Origin: a virus
Lineage: Duplodnaviria > Caudoviricetes
Length of the DNA: 64,000 nucleotides
Virus record (IMG/VR): IMGVR_UViG_2974670102_000001
Coordinates: 64,001 to 128,000 of that record
Strand: one strand, 5' to 3'
Below, in pieces: positions 36,215 to 45,748 of this stretch. A program made the position numbers and the translations under genes. The notes beneath the pieces were generated by a model. That model saw only the letters and a list, made by a program, of their open reading frames with translations. It was not told the DNA's origin and did no database searches. Positions within the stretch are counted from its first letter, which is position 1; every line of letters starts with the position of its first letter.

Positions 36215-36862
36215 TTATTCGTCGTCGGTGTCGACCGCTCGGCCACGGCGCAGCTTCGGGGGAGCCTGCACGTTCTTGAACGCGGCAGGCAGGAAGCGGG
36301 ACGCACGCTTGAACATGCGGGTCACCGGATCGAGTTTCGTGAGTTCGACCGATTTCACGAGGCCGGACTTCATCGTCACTTCTTGGAAGACCTGCGCAAC
36401 GCGCGCCGTGATCGTGCCGTCTGCCGACTTCTTCGCGGCGCGAATCACGACCTTGAAGGTCTTGTCGGCCGGGAGACGCATGCTGCCCTTGATGCCTTCG
36501 GCACGCTCGCTCGCCTTGCCCGGGAACTTCTTGTCGTTCGTCGGCTTGAACGTGACGGCCGAGAGTCGCGACTGAATGCCGATGACGGTCGGCATGTCGT
36601 ACGACGCCATGTTTCGCTTCTTCTTGGCTTCAGCATCCGGGTTGTAGCGACCGATGTAGCGAGTTGCCACGATCTCGGAACCGAGAAGGCCGTCTGCTTC
36701 GGTCTTTACCACGACCTCCACGTAGTGTGGCGTGAAGTCTGCGGGGACGGGGAATGTGGGGAGCGGAGTGCGGGCCGGTCGAGTGCCGCCCGTGCCTTCA
36801 GCGACTTTCGTCGCACGCGTCGCCTGCGCTTTCGCAAGCGACTTCTTCTTCGTTGTTGCCAT
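36215..36862 (-). CDS. basic hypothetical protein
   Basis: AAGGAAGG RBS before MATTKKK. Confidence 0.8.
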   Translation of the reverse strand: MATTKKKSLAKAQATRATKVAEGTGGTRPARTPLPTFPVPADFTPHYVEVVVKTEADGLLGSEIVATRYIGRYNPDAEAKKKRNMASYDMPTVIGIQSRLSAVTFKPTNDKKFPGKASERAEGIKGSMRLPADKTFKVVIRAAKKSADGTITARVAQVFQEVTMKSGLVKSVELTKLDPVTRMFKRASRFLPAAFKNVQAPPKLRRGRAVDTDDE

Positions 36863-37544
36863 TGATCCTTCCTTTACGGATGTGGTTGAGTTCAGCTTGC
36901 AGCGTGACCACGAGTTCAGCAAGACGCCTAGACGCAAGGCTTTTCGCAACATCGCGTTTGCCTTGTTGAAGGAGTCGAGCGATAGCGAATTCCGGCGTCG
37001 CCTGCAATATCGAGGTCGATACCACGGGACGCTGAATTTCTTGCTCGGCCCATTCGATGCCGGGGCCCTGCATCCACGCCAGATCGTGCCCATGCTCCAG
37101 CATGAGCCGTGTTTCGAGCAGGAATGTGAGATCACGCAGCAGATACGCTGTCTTTACTAGCTGGAACAATTCTGCGTCCCCGCCGTGGTCCGGATGAACT
37201 AGGGTCCGGACTTTTCGATACGCATCTGCAACCAGTTCCGTCTCTGCGTTGTACAGTTGTTCGGTGCCGAAACTGATGTACCCGGCTGCGGTTACGGGTT
37301 CGTGCGCCTCACGCACTGGCATACCGCGAGTCGCAAGCCGTATTTCGCGCCGGAGCCGCACGACAGTATCGTGACGCTCGTCTTCTTCATACAGGCTATT
37401 TACGGCGCGGAGAACAGAGGCGTGGAGGCGGTAGTACCGCTCGCGCGCAACCTTGATCTGTGCGCGCAGCGCGTGAAATCGAGCAATAGCAGCTATGTCG
37501 ATTTTGTTCGGGATCGCGAGCGCGGTCCCCGTGGATTTTTCCAT
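36798..37544 (-). CDS. J-domain (DnaJ-like) protein
   Basis: AYRKVRTLVHPDHGGDAELFQLVKTAY (HPD motif). Confidence 0.75.
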   Translation of the reverse strand: MEKSTGTALAIPNKIDIAAIARFHALRAQIKVARERYYRLHASVLRAVNSLYEEDERHDTVVRLRREIRLATRGMPVREAHEPVTAAGYISFGTEQLYNAETELVADAYRKVRTLVHPDHGGDAELFQLVKTAYLLRDLTFLLETRLMLEHGHDLAWMQGPGIEWAEQEIQRPVVSTSILQATPEFAIARLLQQGKRDVAKSLASRRLAELVVTLQAELNHIRKGRINGNNEEEVACESAGDACDESR

Positions 37545-37578
37545 AGTCGATCCTAAAACTGCTATTTACTCGAAGCCG

Positions 37579-37857
37579 TTACTGCGGCTCTTGCTTGACC
37601 GAGGCACCCGGCATGTTGCTCGCGATCCAGTTCTGGGCCTCGATTGCGTTGTTGAACGTGCGGATCGCGTGGCGGCTCTTCACGACCTCACCGAATTCGT
37701 TCTGCGATTCGGCTTTCTTGTCGGTGTCGAGCAGAGGAATCCATTCCTTCTGGCCCGGATTGCGGATCATGACGATCCAGTGCGGCGCGCTGTACTGGAC
37801 AGCGGCTTCGATCACTTGAGCCTTACGGCCACCGACGATGCGTGAGAACAGGGACAT
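37579..37857 (-). CDS. hypothetical protein
   Basis: AAGGAGG RBS before MSLFSR. Confidence 0.7.
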   Translation of the reverse strand: MSLFSRIVGGRKAQVIEAAVQYSAPHWIVMIRNPGQKEWIPLLDTDKKAESQNEFGEVVKSRHAIRTFNNAIEAQNWIASNMPGASVKQEPQ

Positions 37858-37867
37858 GAAACCTCCT

Positions 37868-38122
37868 TCAGATGTAAAGTTCGTTGTCTGCGGACTTGCC
37901 AGCATAAACCTTATCGGTTTTGATGTCAAGCAACTCGATCAGGTCGATGTTCAGGTGGTCGGCAAGCGTAGCCACCACTTCGACGAGACGTTCGTACTTC
38001 TCTTCGATGCCGGGAGCACGGTACTGGTGATCCTTGGCGTTCAAATGCTCGTGGAGCACCTGTGCCGAGGACGAGAAAATCTCCACGCCGTCGTCATACA
38101 CATGCTTGTACGTATAGCTCAT
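37868..38122 (-). CDS. hypothetical protein
   Basis: AAGGAGG RBS. Confidence 0.7.
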   Translation of the reverse strand: MSYTYKHVYDDGVEIFSSSAQVLHEHLNAKDHQYRAPGIEEKYERLVEVVATLADHLNIDLIELLDIKTDKVYAGKSADNELYI

Positions 38123-38131
38123 GCTTCCTCC

Positions 38132-38455
38132 TTAACGCTTGACGCGGAAAACAACGTCTTCAGCATCAGAGACCGCGCGCTCGCGTTCCCGACGCCAAAA
38201 TTCCGATTGCAGGGGTTGGTGTTCGTCATCGACCTCGACGTTTTGGGGCTCGGCGCGTGTTCGGACCACGGCACCCACGCCACCGCCAGCAAGAAACGCT
38301 GCCAGATTCGTGAGAAGGATCATGAGAACGAGAACCACCATCGAAAGCTGGCGCTGGGCCAGAGTGCCTTCGAGGGATACCATGTTCCAGACCTGTACGC
38401 CGACCGTCAGGATAGCGCCGATTACGTACGCAACCTTAAAGCGTTTCCAGTTCAT
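38132..38455 (-). CDS. two-TM membrane protein
   Basis: Two hydrophobic segments; CAGGAG RBS. Confidence 0.65.
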   Translation of the reverse strand: MNWKRFKVAYVIGAILTVGVQVWNMVSLEGTLAQRQLSMVVLVLMILLTNLAAFLAGGGVGAVVRTRAEPQNVEVDDEHQPLQSEFWRRERERAVSDAEDVVFRVKR

Positions 38456-39003
38456 TAGAACTCCTGCTCGCGTTCCAGCGGCAGCACCTTCCAGTCGTCG
38501 CTGTCGTTGGGGTTGACAGTGCCGCACATACTGTAGTCCTCGTGGTTGATCGGGGTACACACTTCACCGAACTCGCGCTTGAACACCGGGCGGTATTCCA
38601 GCGGCCGACGGCCTTCGCTCGGACCTTCCGTGTACACAAGGCTCTCGCCCTTGTACAGGAAGAAAAACTGGCCGTTGATCTCGACACCGAGTTCAGCGTT
38701 GCTGTTGACCACCCACTTTACGTCTTCGGCAGTGAGGCGGACAGGCGACAGGCGCGGGCGCAGTGCATCGACGACAGCGTTCACGACCTCGAAGCAGGCT
38801 TCACGGCCCAACTGGACGCGCGCGTTCAACGAGAGTTCAGGGAACGGGAGTTTCATGCCGTTGACGATGTGTGCCAACTCTTCGATTTCGGCCTCGGACA
38901 GGGTTTGACCGGGCGGTACGTCCAGATCGGTCAGCGCAGCCGCAACGTGCTCCAGTTGATAGCGTGCTTCGTTGATAATGGAGCGTGCTTCGTAGAGGTC
39001 CAT
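38455..39003 (-). CDS. hypothetical early protein
   Basis: AAGGAG RBS; promoter TTGACA-17-CAGAAT at 39034-39062. Confidence 0.75.
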   Translation of the reverse strand: MDLYEARSIINEARYQLEHVAAALTDLDVPPGQTLSEAEIEELAHIVNGMKLPFPELSLNARVQLGREACFEVVNAVVDALRPRLSPVRLTAEDVKWVVNSNAELGVEINGQFFFLYKGESLVYTEGPSEGRRPLEYRPVFKREFGEVCTPINHEDYSMCGTVNPNDSDDWKVLPLEREQEF

Positions 39004-39058
39004 ATGTTTCTCCTTGAATTTGTCAGTCCGAGTATTCTGCCGGATGCTTACTGCGTTG

Positions 39059-39286
39059 TCAACCGTTTTGTTCGATTTCCTCGCGGTGTGCTTCGGCCTG
39101 CACCTTCAACTTGGCCTGCACCTGATCTGCGTAGTGTTGCAGGTCTGCGTGCGACTGGAGAAGGCGCGTCAGCGCCGTAGCCAGCTTTTGTTCGCCATAG
39201 GTACACGTGCAGTCCGAAAGTTCGACGGCCACGGCGTTCAGGAACGACAGATCGTCGTTTTTCAGTACGGGGTACGGGTATTGCAT
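39059..39286 (-). CDS. hypothetical protein
   Basis: AAGGAG RBS before MQYPYP. Confidence 0.65.
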   Translation of the reverse strand: MQYPYPVLKNDDLSFLNAVAVELSDCTCTYGEQKLATALTRLLQSHADLQHYADQVQAKLKVQAEAHREEIEQNG

Positions 39287-39297
39287 GTTTCTCTCCT

Positions 39298-39846
39298 TTA
39301 CGCGGGAAGGGTCCAGTCGTCGTTCATCATGCTCACGATAAGCGGGAAGCACTTGGTCTCGCGTCGGTGGCACGCGTTCTCCGCACCACAGCCATGATGG
39401 CACTTACCACCATCTTGGCAGTAACCGGCTTCGCGCAACGAGCCCTGCACGTTTGCGATGTACTGCTGCATTCTAGCAGACAGTCCAGTGTAACGCAGGG
39501 ACCGCAGTTGGCGGACCATACGATACGCCGCATCCGTGAGTTCAGTGCGATTCTCCAGAGGTTCCGATAGGTATTGGCATGTCGGGTCCTCGATGATGCG
39601 CGTCGTGATCTCGATCTCGTTTTCAAGTTCGGCAACACGGCGGCTGCTGAACGTGATGCGCCCGAACTTCCACGATTGGTACATGGCCTCGACCACGCGA
39701 TTCGTGAACGTCTCGCACTCGCTCTGTACGAATGCGATGTCGGGATGGGTCACGAGTTCGGGGATCGCGTCGATCAGGGCGTGCAGGACTGCTGGATCGT
39801 CTTCGATTTCTTGACGGAACTCTTCGCGGGTGTTCAGTTTCGTCAT
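39298..39846 (-). CDS. hypothetical protein with C-terminal Cys cluster
   Basis: CQDGGKCHHGC...CHR...C. Confidence 0.7.
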   Translation of the reverse strand: MTKLNTREEFRQEIEDDPAVLHALIDAIPELVTHPDIAFVQSECETFTNRVVEAMYQSWKFGRITFSSRRVAELENEIEITTRIIEDPTCQYLSEPLENRTELTDAAYRMVRQLRSLRYTGLSARMQQYIANVQGSLREAGYCQDGGKCHHGCGAENACHRRETKCFPLIVSMMNDDWTLPA

Positions 39847-40235
39847 TGTGCGGCCCGGAACGATTCGAGAAGGATGCCGAACTCGCGGACGCGGCGGCGC
39901 GCATCTTCCGCGAACTCATCGCCCATGCGAAGACGTGCGACCGGCGTATCGAAAGCGCCAGTGAACGCGGCGAACGTGTCGTGCCACGTGGTGACCAGAT
40001 CGTCGAGCGTGATCGGTGCGACATCGAGGATACCGGCCTCTGCCTTAGCCTTGATCCACTCCGAGTTCAGGTACTCACGGCCCGGCCCGTAGGTGTCGCC
40101 GTCACGGAGTGACAGCATGTAGCCATCGGGACTCTTCTTGTCGAGATACGCTTCCATATGCGCGACGTACCGCGCCTCGAACTGTGCGCGCACCTCGTTG
40201 TAGCGCTCCTGATCCTCAGCCTTCAAATTCAGCAT
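39843..40235 (-). CDS. hypothetical protein
   Basis: GGAGG RBS before MLNLKA. Confidence 0.65.
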   Translation of the reverse strand: MLNLKAEDQERYNEVRAQFEARYVAHMEAYLDKKSPDGYMLSLRDGDTYGPGREYLNSEWIKAKAEAGILDVAPITLDDLVTTWHDTFAAFTGAFDTPVARLRMGDEFAEDARRRVREFGILLESFRAAQ

Positions 40236-40425
40236 CTTCAACTTCCTCCACTTCGTCAGTTTTGCGGAACCACGGGAGCGCGAACACGAGAAGCACGAAC
40301 GCGGCCCATGCGTATGGGGTGTACCACGGCCAGACCTCCGATTCAGTGTAGGCAAAAACGCCCGAGATCGAAAGCAGTCCGAGAAGCATAACCAAGATTT
40401 GCATTTCAGTCAAGACTTTCGTCAT
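40216..40425 (-). CDS. small two-TM membrane protein
   Basis: Hydrophobic helices, acidic tail. Confidence 0.55.
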   Translation of the reverse strand: MTKVLTEMQILVMLLGLLSISGVFAYTESEVWPWYTPYAWAAFVLLVFALPWFRKTDEVEEVEDAEFEG

Positions 40426-40753
40426 TTCGTGCATAGCGCACAACGACCTTCGTGCGTTTGAGAACCGGGACACGGCGTCGTGCCGCCCGGATCATGTCGC
40501 GCATGGCCGGAATATCGAGGTCATTCACGTCCTCCGGATCAGCCTCGTAATCGAACTCGACGACCTTCACATACCCTTCGGCGCTATCGAAGTGCGAGGT
40601 CTCGCCCCCGAGTTCGGCTTCGAGACGACGCGCGAAGATCGCGGATTGGGCCTCCAGTTCGGCCAGTTCCTGACGCATGTCCCGGATTTTGCGCTGGACC
40701 TTGTGAAGTTGATCCCCGAGTTCCTGAGCCCTCCTGCTGGTTGCGTGATTCAT
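40406..40753 (-). CDS. hypothetical early coiled-coil protein
   Basis: GGAGG RBS; promoter TTGCGT-18-TATAGT at 40788-40817; upstream terminator 40822-40860. Confidence 0.75.
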   Translation of the reverse strand: MNHATSRRAQELGDQLHKVQRKIRDMRQELAELEAQSAIFARRLEAELGGETSHFDSAEGYVKVVEFDYEADPEDVNDLDIPAMRDMIRAARRRVPVLKRTKVVVRYARNDESLD

Positions 40754-40866
40754 TTACTACCTCCGTTCATAAAGTTCGTGTGCACGCACTATAACACGCG
40801 TGCGCAAAAGAACGCAAGCACAAAATGAAAAACCCCGGAAACCTTTCGGGTCCGGGGGCTTGACCA

Positions 40867-41226
40867 TCAGACAAGGATGTTCATCTGGTGGTAGTTGATG
40901 CGGTCACGCAGGCGCGCGATCTCGTTCATGGCGTTGACGAGAGCGACTTCGACCGGAGACGGGTCGAGGCTGATGCCGTACGGAGCGGGGCTTGGCTCCG
41001 ATCCCACGCAGTTCTGCAACTCGGAGAATTCCGACTGCGGGAGATACGGTTCGAGCGTGTTCCGGAGTGTCGAAAGTGCAGAGTGCGTGCTGCTGATCTC
41101 GACTTCGAGATTGGCGAGCAGGTTGCCGAGTCGCGTGCTCTCCGCACCCGCATTCGACGTTGCTTTTGCGGTCGACATGGCTGTCGACGGCCCGGTTGAG
41201 CATTGCGCGTTCTGTAGTTTGTACAT
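40867..41226 (-). CDS. hypothetical protein
   Basis: Start MYKLQN after upstream stop. Confidence 0.65.
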   Translation of the reverse strand: MYKLQNAQCSTGPSTAMSTAKATSNAGAESTRLGNLLANLEVEISSTHSALSTLRNTLEPYLPQSEFSELQNCVGSEPSPAPYGISLDPSPVEVALVNAMNEIARLRDRINYHQMNILV

Positions 41227-41230
41227 TTGC

Positions 41231-41749
41231 TTAGGTTTCCTGTTTGAGTCGTTCGAGAAGCGATATCGCTTCCTCAAGACTGTTGATGTAGTTGCTGATG
41301 GAGCAATCGTCGAATATGGCGCTGTAGAAGTCAGCGACCAGCGGATGCGGCTCCAACGCAATTACTCGGTACGAAAGTGCCCACACCTCTTCCGAGAACG
41401 TGTCATTCGCGTACATGCAGTCGACGACATGCGCAGGATTCTTCAGCACGAACAGCGATAGCCTGTCGAGTTCACGACGGAGATACCAGAGCGCCTTGTC
41501 GATATCCTGACGTGCCTTACCCTTGTCACCACGACGATACACGTACTTGAATGCGTTACCGACGTTGAAAAGCATTAGCTCCGCAATGTCTACGCATTCT
41601 ACTCCACTCGGATGAGTGTTGTAGTGCTTCGGGTGATTGACATGTTCGTAGTCCGGATGATGTACTGTCAACGGCACTGCCGTGTTAGGCGGCAGTACCA
41701 TCGACTCCGGGACCGCGAACGGATGCCTCTTTGGAATTTCAAAATTCAT
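41231..41749 (-). CDS. DUF3310 domain protein (T7 gp1.7-like nucleotide kinase family)
   Basis: VNHPKHY...ECVD...GNAFKYVYR..KG...DIDKALWYL. Confidence 0.85.
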   Translation of the reverse strand: MNFEIPKRHPFAVPESMVLPPNTAVPLTVHHPDYEHVNHPKHYNTHPSGVECVDIAELMLFNVGNAFKYVYRRGDKGKARQDIDKALWYLRRELDRLSLFVLKNPAHVVDCMYANDTFSEEVWALSYRVIALEPHPLVADFYSAIFDDCSISNYINSLEEAISLLERLKQET

Positions 41750-41765
41750 CCGTCGTCCTCAGCTA

Positions 41766-42491
41766 TTACTTGCCCTTTGCCGCGTCCTTCTCGGCATAGC
41801 GTGCGATGCGCGCCTGAAGCTGCGCGCTCGTCTTCGGCTTGTCCTGAAGAATCTTGGCCAGATAGCGAACTTCGCGACGCGAGAACTTGGCGCGGGCCCG
41901 GATCGCGTTCAGAGCGCCGATATCGGTCTCGTTACGCAGGCGATCTGCCCACATCGAGAAGCTGGCCTTCAGACCGTTCTCGTCGAGTTCCAGACCTGCT
42001 TGTGCTGCCTTCGCCACGTTGACCGTGCTGTAGCCGTCGTCGGCACCGAACACTTCCACGTCGTCGGTAAGGATCGTATTGTCCTCGCCTCGGATTTCGA
42101 GTGCCGATTGGTTGATCGACTTCGGAGCGCCTTGATCCTTCACGTGCTTGTCAGCGTTCAGGAGGCGACGCTCTTCTTCGACTGCGCCTTCTTGGTTCAT
42201 CATGCGCGCGGCCGTAGCCTCGTCGATGAGTGTGATCAGGCCGTTGATGACTGCCGTGCGGAACTGCGTCGATTCGAGCACGCGCTTGCGGCCGAAGCGT
42301 GCAGCCGCGTCCATCGGAAGCCACGTCTGGCGGATGACCAGCGGGTCCGACTTCGCGCCGTTTGCTTGCGGGATGTCGAGCACGACGTTGCCGCTCAGTT
42401 CGTATTTCGAGGACGCGGCGCTGTTCACGCACCAGACGGGACCGATCGGTTGTGCGTCCAGATCGGACAGGGAAAGACGTTTGATACCCAT
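41766..42491 (-). CDS. hypothetical protein (paralogous domain with 45089-45712)
   Basis: I.QTWLPMD...F...GLITL...A...E.ER shared block. Confidence 0.8.
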   Translation of the reverse strand: MGIKRLSLSDLDAQPIGPVWCVNSAASSKYELSGNVVLDIPQANGAKSDPLVIRQTWLPMDAAARFGRKRVLESTQFRTAVINGLITLIDEATAARMMNQEGAVEEERRLLNADKHVKDQGAPKSINQSALEIRGEDNTILTDDVEVFGADDGYSTVNVAKAAQAGLELDENGLKASFSMWADRLRNETDIGALNAIRARAKFSRREVRYLAKILQDKPKTSAQLQARIARYAEKDAAKGK

Positions 42492-42587
42492 AAGTACTCC
42501 AAAATGTTTTGTTTGCGGGGCGGTCCGCTTGTGTGTTTCAGGTTTTGCTTATTTTGTGAGTAGCATTGATTATTTACTACACACGAT

Positions 42588-42857
42588 TTACTCGGTGATT
42601 TCCTTCTTGAGCCGTTCGGTAACCACACGAATCACTATAGGCTGAAGTTCTTCGGACACCGTAGGAAGTCCTACAAGCAGCGCGTAATCGTTCATCGTGA
42701 GTTCCGTGTCATCAGAAAACGACGGATCATATGCGCACCGCCCAGTCTCCCGATGCTTCCACATGCAACCCGTGCCAGCGGGCAGCGGGCACACAGAGGT
42801 CACCAACTGCTTGTCGATCATCGCGCAGTAGGTTCCAATTTCTTGTTTCTCTTCCAT
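42588..42857 (-). CDS. Cys-rich hypothetical protein
   Basis: C...CP...C...C pattern; upstream terminator 42890-42915. Confidence 0.65.
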   Translation of the reverse strand: MEEKQEIGTYCAMIDKQLVTSVCPLPAGTGCMWKHRETGRCAYDPSFSDDTELTMNDYALLVGLPTVSEELQPIVIRVVTERLKKEITE

Positions 42858-42915
42858 GATTCGTTAGGATTTCTAAGTACCGAGCGTACGAAAAAGCCCG
42901 GTTTCCCGGGCCCGC

Positions 42916-43275
42916 TTAGAACAGGTAGTAGACGATGTTGGACTCGTCTGCCACGCGAATGAAGTCTTCAAACCGCAGTTGCAGTGTGTCGGTCTTCATG
43001 TAGACCAGATTATTGACTGCAAGCCGCAATTCTCGATCCTCGACCCACGCGTCTGGGTCGATGAGCATCAGCACACTGATCTCGCTCAGGCGGTCGATGA
43101 TAGCGTACCAGTCGGCATCGGCAATACCAATGTGATCTGCACCGAACTCTTTGACAAGCGCTTGTACCGATGTGCAGACAAAGAATCGGCGGTGCACCAG
43201 CGGCACAACGTAGGCCGTGATGCCGGGCTGAGGGACAGGGCGCGGGACCTCGGTGACGCGAATGAAGTCTTCCAT
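42916..43275 (-). CDS. hypothetical protein
   Basis: Operon context. Confidence 0.65.
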   Translation of the reverse strand: MEDFIRVTEVPRPVPQPGITAYVVPLVHRRFFVCTSVQALVKEFGADHIGIADADWYAIIDRLSEISVLMLIDPDAWVEDRELRLAVNNLVYMKTDTLQLRFEDFIRVADESNIVYYLF

Positions 43276-43277
43276 GA

Positions 43278-43667
43278 TCAGTCGTTCTTGGCGTGGCAGG
43301 CAGCGGTATCACCGCCGAAGTGGAGGCTCAGGATGTTGAAGGGGATGGTGCCAAGCGTCGCGCGCGTCTGCTCCATGCGACCGAACACGTAGCCTTCTTC
43401 CATCGGCTTCAGTTGGTACGGCGTGAAGTTTAGGAACATGATGACGTTGCGGTCACGGAACTCGTCATATGGAAGGCCCTGCTCACCGACGCGGATTTCG
43501 AGAAATTCGAGATCGGGATATGCCTCGCGATTGTCACGTAGGAAGTACTGGGCCGTTCCTACCTCGTTGTTGACGACTACTACAGTCAGCTTCTCTTCGA
43601 GGCCAAGGGCGGCGTTAGCGGCAACCGCTTCGAGGATATTCTTTTGTTTGGTCATTTGCGTACCCAT
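43278..43667 (-). CDS. hypothetical protein
   Basis: ATG overlaps upstream stop. Confidence 0.65.
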   Translation of the reverse strand: MGTQMTKQKNILEAVAANAALGLEEKLTVVVVNNEVGTAQYFLRDNREAYPDLEFLEIRVGEQGLPYDEFRDRNVIMFLNFTPYQLKPMEEGYVFGRMEQTRATLGTIPFNILSLHFGGDTAACHAKND

Positions 43668-44059
43668 TATTCGACTCGGAGAATGAGGTATTCTGGCGGC
43701 AGGTGCGATGCATACGACGCGGACAGTAGGCTGTTGTATAGGCCACGCACGATGCCTAGATTGAATTGATCTGGGTCGACACACGCGTCGAATATGACTA
43801 GCACGCGGCTAGTGCCGCGAACACGTGAGTCGGTGAGGGCGTCCGGATGGCACTGCATCAGGCCCAAATCGGACTCTTCCTTGAACTCGGACCCGAGCGC
43901 GTTCCATACGGAACAGTCGCGTTCGGACACGAGCAGGATTTCGAACACCACGCCCTCTGGAATGGCCTCGGACTTACGCACTGCATCGACGACCATGCGA
44001 GCACGTGTAACCGCAGTTTCCATCTGATAGGCGGGTTCGTAGAATTTGCTGATGTTCAT
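43667..44059 (-). CDS. hypothetical protein
   Basis: ATGA coupled. Confidence 0.65.
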   Translation of the reverse strand: MNISKFYEPAYQMETAVTRARMVVDAVRKSEAIPEGVVFEILLVSERDCSVWNALGSEFKEESDLGLMQCHPDALTDSRVRGTSRVLVIFDACVDPDQFNLGIVRGLYNSLLSASYASHLPPEYLILRVE

Positions 44060-45078
44060 TTCACTACCTTGTTGAGGATGCGTTTTCTGGTCATCGCGAT
44101 TTGCTCGCGCATGCTCTGTTCAACGTCGAGTGCTTCGAGCCACACGTCGAAGAAATCGTCTACCTGAATCACGAGTTCTTCAGCGTTGTTCAGGTCTTCG
44201 GTCAGGACGGCCCGCAGGTCTTCCTTCGACCGGAAATTCTTGACGATTACGATGTTCTGGCGTCCTGCATAATCTGCGGCGCTCACGTCAGCACCGTCCT
44301 GAATCACGAGCTTCACCAGATCACGCTTGCCCCGAGGAATCGTTGCGAGATCGTCTCGACAAGAGATCACCACCGTATGCAACTTGAAACGAGGATCGTG
44401 CTCGATCAACTCAATTTCGTTGTCCGTATCGTTACGGTAGTTGATGTGATGGAAGTACTTGGGCAGCGACTCACCGAAGTTCGTCTGGTACAGGGTGCCG
44501 GAATAGTGCGTGTTGCGGACGCTGTGTGCGGTATGCAGGTGACCGCCAACCGCAATCAGTTTCGACTTCGGTGAGCCTTCCTTCTTGTGTACGCGCCCAC
44601 TGTCAGTCTTCGACCCGTACACCTCGTTGTGGAACACGTTGAGGTGGCCCGGCTGGAATGCGGTGCTCGGGTACGGAAGGAAATTGACGAGTGCCCGGTC
44701 GATCTTGACCTGCGTCGGCTCCGTGTAAAGCCGGAAGTTCGGGAGTCCGAACAGGATGAGCAGTTCGAGTGAGTGGCCGTTCTCCGCAAGTTCTGAGAAC
44801 ATGTCGTGGTTGCCCAAGATCACGTGGAACTCGATGTCCGGATACTCGTTGAGCAGGGCCACAAGTTCGCGCATAGCCTGATACGACATCCGCGTACCGT
44901 TGCACACGTCACCATACAGGAACAGCTTGTCGATCCCGTTCTCCTGCGCGTACTTTATCGGGCCACGTCGGACTTCGTTCAGGATCACGCGATCCGAGTT
45001 CTCCACGTACTTCGAGAGGCCACCGTCACCGGTCTGGTCTGACAGGTGAAGGTCACCAACTCCTACAAATTCAGCCAC
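44056..45078 (-). CDS. Mre11/SbcD (T4 gp47-like) recombination nuclease
   Basis: GDLHL, GDV, GNHD, LPYP, GHLH, YSGTLYQTNFGE. Confidence 0.9.
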   Translation of the reverse strand: MAEFVGVGDLHLSDQTGDGGLSKYVENSDRVILNEVRRGPIKYAQENGIDKLFLYGDVCNGTRMSYQAMRELVALLNEYPDIEFHVILGNHDMFSELAENGHSLELLILFGLPNFRLYTEPTQVKIDRALVNFLPYPSTAFQPGHLNVFHNEVYGSKTDSGRVHKKEGSPKSKLIAVGGHLHTAHSVRNTHYSGTLYQTNFGESLPKYFHHINYRNDTDNEIELIEHDPRFKLHTVVISCRDDLATIPRGKRDLVKLVIQDGADVSAADYAGRQNIVIVKNFRSKEDLRAVLTEDLNNAEELVIQVDDFFDVWLEALDVEQSMREQIAMTRKRILNKVVK

Positions 45079-45088
45079 TCAATACTCC

Positions 45089-45712
45089 TTAATAATCGTA
45101 ACTCATGATATGGGCAGTCACAGGCCAGCGCGGCTGGACACGACGGCTTGCCGTGATGCTGTCGAACCTCTCCTGCTCGGCTTTGGCCTCCGGCGTTTCG
45201 AGGATTGCGGCAGCGCGCTCAGGGCTCACGACAGTGACGAGTTCCAAGTCTAGGAGACGCTGGAACGATTTGTTGTTGCGAAGGTCCACGATGGGAAGGC
45301 GGATATCGAGCGGGAGCCACGTGGCCGGAATCTTGAACGGGCTGGTTTCGCTGCCGTTCGGGTTGTAGCGCTTGACGAGCAGGTCTGCGAACTGACAAGG
45401 CGAGTGCGCAACATAGCCGCTCGTGTTCGACGTGTTGATCACGAAGAACGGGCCGTGATAATCCGGGTTGAGCAGGTTGTCGATAGCCTGCCCTTTCGTC
45501 CAGTCTTTGATAGGCGCGTGTGTAGGATGATCTTTGAGGCGCAGGAACTTCAGCAGCCGTTCGAGACGACGCGGAATGTATGCGTCACCGATACCCATCT
45601 TCGTGGCATCGAGCGGTACGAATTCGGGGAAGGCCGCGAGCGCCGGGCGCACTTTCTCGCGGCTGTAGAAACCATTCTCACCGAACGTCGTCGGGTTGTT
45701 GCTGTGACTCAT
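45089..45712 (-). CDS. hypothetical protein (paralogous domain with 41766-42491)
   Basis: KIPATWLPLD...FQRLLDLELVTVV...AEQERF; AAGGAGG RBS. Confidence 0.75.
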   Translation of the reverse strand: MSHSNNPTTFGENGFYSREKVRPALAAFPEFVPLDATKMGIGDAYIPRRLERLLKFLRLKDHPTHAPIKDWTKGQAIDNLLNPDYHGPFFVINTSNTSGYVAHSPCQFADLLVKRYNPNGSETSPFKIPATWLPLDIRLPIVDLRNNKSFQRLLDLELVTVVSPERAAAILETPEAKAEQERFDSITASRRVQPRWPVTAHIMSYDY

Positions 45713-45748
45713 GGTCGCCTCCTTGGGCGTGTAATTGATTACTTCACA

